Source of the DNA: an uncultured bacterium
GTDB lineage: Bacteria; Verrucomicrobiota; Verrucomicrobiia; Verrucomicrobiales; DEV007
Direction: 5' to 3'
Length of the DNA stretch: 32,065 bases
Assembly (NCBI GenBank): GCA_963977015.1
Contig: CAXBMO010000040.1
Coordinates: 1 to 32,065 of the forward strand
Shown here: in pieces, positions 26,053 through 32,065 of the stretch
Layout of the letters: each line of letters begins with the position of its first letter
How positions within the stretch are numbered: the first letter of the stretch is position 1
The notes under the pieces: generated by a model
Seen by the model: only the letters and a program-made list of their open reading frames with translations
What the model was told of the DNA's origin: nothing
Databases searched by the model: none
Made by a program: the position numbers and the translations under genes

Positions 26053-26148
26053 CCGATGCATTCCCGCGGAATGGCGAGTTGGTCAGAGTTCCAAGAATCG
26101 ACTCGACGAATGGTTGATGCACCCCAAGGTTGAGGCGTCAGCCCCTTC

Positions 26149-27612
26149 ATGATCTTCCCGTTTGATAATTCCTTTGCGCGACTTCCCCCCGGATTTTTCG
26201 CCCACGTTTCGCCAACTTCGGTGAAGTCGCCCAGCCTGATTCGTCTGAATTGCGACTTGGCGGTTGGGCTGGGGCTGGATCTCGACCAGCTCGACTCCGA
26301 CGACGGATTGGCGATCCTCAGTGGAAACGCGGAAGCCGAGGGATCGGAGCCTCTGGCGATGGCCTACTCCGGGCATCAATTCGGCGGATTTTCTCCACAA
26401 TTGGGTGATGGACGGGCCATTTTGCTGGGTGAGGTGGTCGGAAACGACGGAATTCGGCGAGACATCCAGCTCAAAGGCGCCGGGCCGACCCCGTTTTCCC
26501 GCCGCGGCGATGGAAGGTCCGCGTTGGGTCCGGTCCTGCGCGAATACATTCTCTCCGAGGCGATGGCCGCGCTTGGTGTTCCGACAACCCGCGCCCTGGC
26601 TGCCGTTGCCACTGGCGAACAGGTTTATCGCACCGGGATGGAACCGGGCGGGGTTTTCACCCGCGTGGCGCAATCCCATCTCCGAATCGGCACCTTTCAA
26701 TGGTTTGCCGCCCGTCAGGACGATGAAAACCTGGCAATTCTCGCCGACTACGCCATCGACCGCCACTACCCCGAATGCCGCGAAGCCGGAAATCCGTATC
26801 GTGCGCTGCTCGACCGCGTCATCGAAAAGCAGGCCGATCTCATCGCCCATTGGATGCAGTTTGGCTTCATCCACGGGGTGATGAACACAGACAACATGAC
26901 GATTTCCGGTGAAACGATCGATTACGGTCCCTGCGCGTTTCTCGATCATTATGATCCCGCCAAAACGTTCAGCTCGATCGATCAACACGGGCGCTACGCA
27001 TTCGGCAACCAGCCCACCATCGCCCACTGGAACCTGACCCGGCTCGCGGAGGCGCTGTTGCCGCTGCTGAATGATGATCCGGAAAAAGCAATCGGTGAGG
27101 CCGAAACCGCCCTCGACCGTTTTCCGGATCTCCATCGCTCGGCACTGGAACGCCGGTTTGCCATGAAAATCGGTCTCGACCGAAAAAACGCGGAAGACTG
27201 GAAGCTCGTCGAGGAGTTGTTGGCGGCCATGAAGGCCGGCGAAGCGGATTTCACCTTGGTGTTTCGGCACCTCTCCGCAGTGGCGTTCGAACACCGCAAC
27301 GACGAGGTCATCACCGGTCTCTTCCGAGAACCGGCGGAAATCGCGCAGTGGCTGGTCCGTTGGCGCGAACGGCTCGCCACCGATGATCGCGATGAAGCGC
27401 TGGGGCGGATGAAGCAGGCCAACCCGGTCATCATTGCGCGAAATCATCGCGTGGAGGAAGCGATCCGGGCCGGTTACGAGGACGACTTTGAGCCCTTTCA
27501 TCGACTCAACAACGCGTTGCAGCGTCCCTTCGAGGAAGACGCCGAATTTCAGGAATACGAAACTCCGCCCCGGCCGGAGGAAGTGGTTCAGGCGACCTTT
27601 TGCGGCACCTAG
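26149..27612 (+). CDS. selO: Protein adenylyltransferase SelO (YdiU)
   Basis: AYSGHQFG, QLGDGRA, QLKGAGPTPFSRRGDGR, GFIHGVMNTDN, IDYGP and NPVIIARNH; ends TFCGT. Confidence 0.97.
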   Translation: MIFPFDNSFARLPPGFFAHVSPTSVKSPSLIRLNCDLAVGLGLDLDQLDSDDGLAILSGNAEAEGSEPLAMAYSGHQFGGFSPQLGDGRAILLGEVVGNDGIRRDIQLKGAGPTPFSRRGDGRSALGPVLREYILSEAMAALGVPTTRALAAVATGEQVYRTGMEPGGVFTRVAQSHLRIGTFQWFAARQDDENLAILADYAIDRHYPECREAGNPYRALLDRVIEKQADLIAHWMQFGFIHGVMNTDNMTISGETIDYGPCAFLDHYDPAKTFSSIDQHGRYAFGNQPTIAHWNLTRLAEALLPLLNDDPEKAIGEAETALDRFPDLHRSALERRFAMKIGLDRKNAEDWKLVEELLAAMKAGEADFTLVFRHLSAVAFEHRNDEVITGLFREPAEIAQWLVRWRERLATDDRDEALGRMKQANPVIIARNHRVEEAIRAGYEDDFEPFHRLNNALQRPFEEDAEFQEYETPPRPEEVVQATFCGT

Positions 27613-27742
27613 CGACCACAAATAAAGGCGTCCCACAGGCAAATCTTGTGTCGGATTCGGCATAGAACCACCCCGAGCCGCTAAAAGTGCTGGAATCCTG
27701 CGTTTCTCTGCCGAAACTCAGATTGTTATTCTCCAAACCCTC

Positions 27743-30700
27743 ATGAATCGACTGATTATCGCATTTCTCCTCTGTTTTATCGGATCCGTTTTTGCCACAA
27801 CGGATCATCTCACCATGGAAGGCCCCGCTGGGCCCGGCAAAGGCAAACACATCGTCTTCCTTTCTGGCGATGAGGAATATCGCTCGGAAGAGTCCATGCC
27901 AATGATGGCCCAGGTCATGTCCAAGCACGGTTTCCGCTGCACGGTCCTGTTTTCCTTGAATCCCGACGGCACCGTCAATCCCGACAACGGTGGCCATTTG
28001 TCCCACTCCGAGGCGCTCGATTCCGCGGACGCGATCATCATGAGCCTGCGCTTTCGGCATTGGGATGACGCCTCCATGACGCGGTTCGAGAAAGCGCTTC
28101 AGCGCGGCGTCCCCGTCATCGCCCTGCGAACTTCCACCCACGCTTTCAATTTTCCGGCCGACAGCAAGTGGGCCAAATACTCCTTCAATGCGAAGAAGGA
28201 AACCGGTTGGGAAAAAGGGTTTGGACGCCAGGTTCTCGGAGAAACCTGGGTCAGTCACCACGGCAAACACAAGAAAGAGGGAACGCGCTCGGTGGTCGAG
28301 GCCGCCAACAAGGCACATGCGATCCTCAATGGAGTCGGCACCATTTTTGGAACCACCGACGTCTACGGCGCGGCACCGATCGAGCCATCCACGATTTTGC
28401 TTCGCGGTCAGGTCACCCAGACCCTCGATCCCAAGTCACCGCCGGTCGAAGGCGACAAGAATAACCCCATGCAGCCCATTGCCTGGGTTCGGGAGTTCGC
28501 CCACGCCGATGGCAAGAAGAACAAGGTTTTCACCACCACGATGGGAGCCGCGACCGATTTGACCGACGAGAACCTTCGTCGTCTCATTGCCAATGCCACA
28601 TTCTGGGGGCTCGGCCTCGAGGTTCCGGCAAAAGCGGATGTCGAAATCCCTGGTCCCTACAACCCGTCTGCCTACAGCTTCAAAGCTTATAAGGTGGGCC
28701 TGAAGCCAGCCGATTTTTTGCTCGGAGCCCCGAAGTTCGCCAAGGCGCTCGCCGCGAATGCCGCACCAGCTCCGGCCCCAACGCCGAAACCGAAGCCCAA
28801 ACCAACTCCCAAAAAGAAGCCGGTCGCGAAGAAGGATGAGAAAACCGGACTTCCTCCGGGCGTGATTCCCCCGATCAATCCTGAGTCGGTTCCCTTCAAG
28901 CTCCAACCCGCGCCCGCAAAGCTCACCGTCAACCAGGGCGATCACATCGTCATGGTTGGTTCCGGCCTTGGATCCCGCATGAACCACTTCGGACACTTTG
29001 AAACCGAAGTCTTTCTGCGCTTCCCGGACAAGGAGATCACCATCCGCAACATGTGTGATGAGGGCAATACCCCGGCTTTCCGCCCCCATCCCGGCCGTAA
29101 CAAAGACCAGCAATATGCGTTTCCCGGCGGCAAGGAACTGGTGAAGAAGGAATTTCAGGTGGATTCACGTCCGGGCGGTCATTTCGAGACGCCGGATCAG
29201 TGGCTGACCCGTCTGGAAGCCGACACGATCATCGCGTTTTTCGGATTCAACTCCTCGTTCGACGGCCCGCATCACCTCGACCGGTTCAAGAAGGAGCTCG
29301 AAGCCTTCATCCAGCATACCCTGAGCCAGAAATACAATGGCGAAAAGGTTCCCCAGCTCGCGCTCGTTTCGCCAACCGCGTTCCAGGATCTCTCCGCCAA
29401 GTACAACGTCCCCGACGGCTCAAAAACGAACATCAACCTTTCCCTTTACGCGAACGCGATGCGCCAGGTCGCGAAAGAGAATGGCGTTCACTTTGTCGAT
29501 GTCTTTGGCGCTTCGAGCCAGTGGTACAACGACGGCAAGGAATACACGATCGACGGTGCGTTGCTGAGCGACCTCGGTTACCAGAAACTCGCGCCCGTGC
29601 TCGCCAACGGTCTGTTCGGCTCCGCCAACCCTTCCGAAGCCAAGCGGAAGGCGGTTCACGCCGCCGTGATGGAAAAGAACTGGGCCTGGCTCAACAACTT
29701 CAAGATTCCCAACGGCGTTCACGTTTACGGTCGCCGTTACAACCCCTACGGCCCGGACAACTATCCCTTTGAGTTGCAGAAGACGCGGGAAATGACCGCC
29801 GTTCGGGACCGCAACATTTGGGCCACGTTGGCCGGAAAACCATTCGATCTCGCGGCGGAAGACGCCAAAACGTCCAAGCTCCCTCCGGTCGAAACCAATT
29901 ACAAGCCCAGCGTCAAGAACGGCACAGTCGATTACCGCCCCGGCAAGATCGTTGAAACGAAGATCAAAACCGCGCCAGGATACAAGATCGAGTTGTTCGC
30001 CGATGAGGCCCAGTTCCCGGATCTCGCCAACCCGGTGCAAATGGCCTTCGACAACAAGGGACGGCTTTGGGTTTCAACGATGGCGAGCTATCCCCACTAC
30101 AAGATTGGTGATCCGCTGCCCAAAGATAAGCTCCTCATCTTCGAAGATACCGACAACGACGGCAAAGCCGACAAGCAGATCACGTTTGCCGATGATCTCC
30201 ACATTCCGATCGGCTTCGAGATCAGTCACGACGGAGTCTACGTCTCCCAGAGTGGAAACCTGGTCTTGCTGAAAGACACCAACGGCGACGACAAGGCCGA
30301 CACCAAGGAAGTCCTTCTCAGCGGGTTTGACGATCACGACACCCACCACGCAATTTCCGCCTTCTGCGCGGATCCTTCGGGCGCGTTGATGATGTGCGAA
30401 GGCGTTTTTCTCCATTCCAATGTGGAAACAGCCTACGGGCCGGTTCGCGGAAACAACGGCGCATTTTATCGCTACAGTCCGCAGCGCAAAAAGCTCATCA
30501 ACTATGCACAATTCCGGATCCCCAACCCCTGGGGCGTGGCCTTTGATGACTACGGACAAGACTTCTTCCTCCACACCTCGGGAACGAGCCTGACCTGGAT
30601 GATGCCGGGTTCGGTCAAGCCGGTCTACGGAGTGAATATCGCCGCTCCAGACCTCATTACTTCCAACAAGGTGCGCCCGACTTCCGGTCTCGAGTTCGTC

Positions 30701-31978
30701 TCCAGTCGCCATTTCCCGGATGAAGTCCAGGGGGATATCCTGATCAACAACAACATCGGGTTTCTCGGCGCCAAACAACACAAGATGATCGAATCCGGAA
30801 CGGGATTCACGACGGAATACCGCCACGATCTCTTCGTTTCCGAAGACCTCAACTTCCGCCCGGTCGACCTCGAATTCGCCCCCGACGGCTCGCTTTACGT
30901 GGTCGATTGGCACAACGCCTTGATTGGTCACATGCAGCATTCGGCTCGCGACCCAAACCGCGACCACGAGCACGGTCGCATCTATCGCGTGACCTACCCC
31001 TCCCGCCCACTCGTCAAACCGGCGAAAGTGGCTGGAGCCTCCATCCCCGAATTGCTCGAAAACCTCAAGCTTCACGAATACCGCACCCGCTATCGCACCC
31101 GCCGCGAATTGCGTGGACGCAACGCCGATGAAGTCCTGTCTGCGCTGAAGCCCTGGGCCGCAAAACAGACGGACGATCGCCTGAAACTGGAAGCGCTCTG
31201 GGTTTCCTGGGGAGCCGATCGCGTGGACACCGAATTGCTCGAAGAACTGCTCCAGTCTTCCGATCACCGGATCCGCGCGGCAGCCGTTCGCGTGTTGAGG
31301 TTCAACCGCAGTCAGGTCCCAACTCAGAAGTATCTCCTCATGACCGCCGCCGGCGATGAACACGGTCGCGTTCGGCTCGAGGCCATCACCGCCGCGTCCC
31401 GGCTTGGTCGCAAGGTTGGTGGCGACATTCTCGCGATTGCCGAATCCAAGGGGCTCGATGACTTCTCCAAAACCAGCTTTGATCATGCCAAAGCCGCCCT
31501 CGCCGGTCAGTCCCTCATGATTGCGGAGCACGAAGCGGTCAAGCCTCCCGCCCATCTCAAGGGCACGGACGCAAACCTGTTCGTCAAAGGCGCCGAAGTT
31601 TACAGCCGGGAAGCCCACTGCATCACCTGTCACCAACCCGACGGCAAAGGCCTCCCCGACACCGGATTCCCGCCGCTGGCCGGAACCAAATGGGTCAACG
31701 GAAGCCCCGAACGCCTCATCAAGCTGACCCTCAAAGGTCTGATGGGCCCCATCGAGGTTCAGGGCAAGCCCTACCCGGGCGTCGTCCCCATGACTCCGTT
31801 TGAATCGCTCCTCAACGACGAGGAAATCGCCTCAGTGCTGACCTACGTCCGCAATGCCTTCGGCAACAAAGCCTCAGCCATTCAACCCGCAGAGGTTGGA
31901 GCGATCCGGGAGAAAGCAAAAACCGTTCCCCCGATGTACAATCCTGCCGTGCTCCTCAAAGAGCATCCCATGGAGTAA
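27743..31978 (+). CDS. PVC-type heme-binding CxxCH multidomain protein (ThuA-like + SGNH-like + beta-propeller + HEAT + cytochrome c)
   Basis: Signal peptide; SGDEEYRSEESMP (ThuA-like); Pro/Lys linker; IRNM..EG and FFGFN (SGNH-like); EDTDNDGKAD, NPWG, FRPVD and GRIYR (propeller); HEAT repeats; CITCH...MTPF. Confidence 0.9.
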   Translation: MNRLIIAFLLCFIGSVFATTDHLTMEGPAGPGKGKHIVFLSGDEEYRSEESMPMMAQVMSKHGFRCTVLFSLNPDGTVNPDNGGHLSHSEALDSADAIIMSLRFRHWDDASMTRFEKALQRGVPVIALRTSTHAFNFPADSKWAKYSFNAKKETGWEKGFGRQVLGETWVSHHGKHKKEGTRSVVEAANKAHAILNGVGTIFGTTDVYGAAPIEPSTILLRGQVTQTLDPKSPPVEGDKNNPMQPIAWVREFAHADGKKNKVFTTTMGAATDLTDENLRRLIANATFWGLGLEVPAKADVEIPGPYNPSAYSFKAYKVGLKPADFLLGAPKFAKALAANAAPAPAPTPKPKPKPTPKKKPVAKKDEKTGLPPGVIPPINPESVPFKLQPAPAKLTVNQGDHIVMVGSGLGSRMNHFGHFETEVFLRFPDKEITIRNMCDEGNTPAFRPHPGRNKDQQYAFPGGKELVKKEFQVDSRPGGHFETPDQWLTRLEADTIIAFFGFNSSFDGPHHLDRFKKELEAFIQHTLSQKYNGEKVPQLALVSPTAFQDLSAKYNVPDGSKTNINLSLYANAMRQVAKENGVHFVDVFGASSQWYNDGKEYTIDGALLSDLGYQKLAPVLANGLFGSANPSEAKRKAVHAAVMEKNWAWLNNFKIPNGVHVYGRRYNPYGPDNYPFELQKTREMTAVRDRNIWATLAGKPFDLAAEDAKTSKLPPVETNYKPSVKNGTVDYRPGKIVETKIKTAPGYKIELFADEAQFPDLANPVQMAFDNKGRLWVSTMASYPHYKIGDPLPKDKLLIFEDTDNDGKADKQITFADDLHIPIGFEISHDGVYVSQSGNLVLLKDTNGDDKADTKEVLLSGFDDHDTHHAISAFCADPSGALMMCEGVFLHSNVETAYGPVRGNNGAFYRYSPQRKKLINYAQFRIPNPWGVAFDDYGQDFFLHTSGTSLTWMMPGSVKPVYGVNIAAPDLITSNKVRPTSGLEFVSSRHFPDEVQGDILINNNIGFLGAKQHKMIESGTGFTTEYRHDLFVSEDLNFRPVDLEFAPDGSLYVVDWHNALIGHMQHSARDPNRDHEHGRIYRVTYPSRPLVKPAKVAGASIPELLENLKLHEYRTRYRTRRELRGRNADEVLSALKPWAAKQTDDRLKLEALWVSWGADRVDTELLEELLQSSDHRIRAAAVRVLRFNRSQVPTQKYLLMTAAGDEHGRVRLEAITAASRLGRKVGGDILAIAESKGLDDFSKTSFDHAKAALAGQSLMIAEHEAVKPPAHLKGTDANLFVKGAEVYSREAHCITCHQPDGKGLPDTGFPPLAGTKWVNGSPERLIKLTLKGLMGPIEVQGKPYPGVVPMTPFESLLNDEEIASVLTYVRNAFGNKASAIQPAEVGAIREKAKTVPPMYNPAVLLKEHPME

Positions 31979-32003
31979 CGGGACAAGAGCGGAAACGCTT
32001 CGC

Positions 32004-32065
32004 GATCCCTGATCCCTGATCCCTGATCCCTGATCCCTGATCCCTGATCCCTGATCCCTGATCCC
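32004..32065. repeat. Heptanucleotide tandem repeat (GATCCCT)n, truncated by the window end
   Basis: 8 perfect copies plus a 6-nt partial copy, starting 25 nt after the stop of the last CDS. Confidence 0.97.

Noticed and set aside
27595-27660. Possible selenocysteine or readthrough at the end of selO
   Set aside because: The protein ends TFCGT with TAG, the normal bacterial Cys-type terminus; there is no in-frame TGA.
26083-27663. 526-aa antisense ORF opposite selO; similar long antisense ORFs at 8643-10091, 12787-14151, 30074-31636 and 3229-4116
   Set aside because: Shadow ORFs expected from GC-rich codon bias; each overlaps a well-supported gene and has no recognisable motifs.

Overview
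Gene-dense, GC-rich bacterial DNA with PVC-superphylum hallmarks: a DUF1549/DUF1553 plus DUF1501 pair and a PVC-type CxxCH heme-binding multidomain protein. Verrucomicrobiota is the likely source (inference). The left half is mixed housekeeping and accessory genes: kinase-AAA fusion, sulfotransferase, TIGR03546/45-like fusion, guanine-type deaminase, glgE, flavin reductase and BNR sialidase-like protein. The most interesting part is ~16.9-26.1 kb, a coherent putative iron/metal-starvation island. Five copies of a 21-bp Fur-box-like operator (consensus TGAtATTGAGACTCAGTCTCA) flank an AraC regulator. They lie upstream of (i) a leftward unit: 57-aa sORF, Cys-tailed Bfd-like [2Fe-2S] protein, frameshifted Skp/OmpH and porin, and (ii) a rightward flavinylation operon: PepSY, DUF6662-like beta-barrel, Tat-type FMN-binding protein, signal-less ApbE and a His-rich membrane protein. 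These are followed by a flavodoxin and two divergent, remotely HemS/ChuX-like proteins. selO, the large heme-c protein and a terminal (GATCCCT)n repeat close the window. No rRNA, tRNA, CRISPR or transposase was seen. All family calls come from motif recognition by eye, not from database searches.
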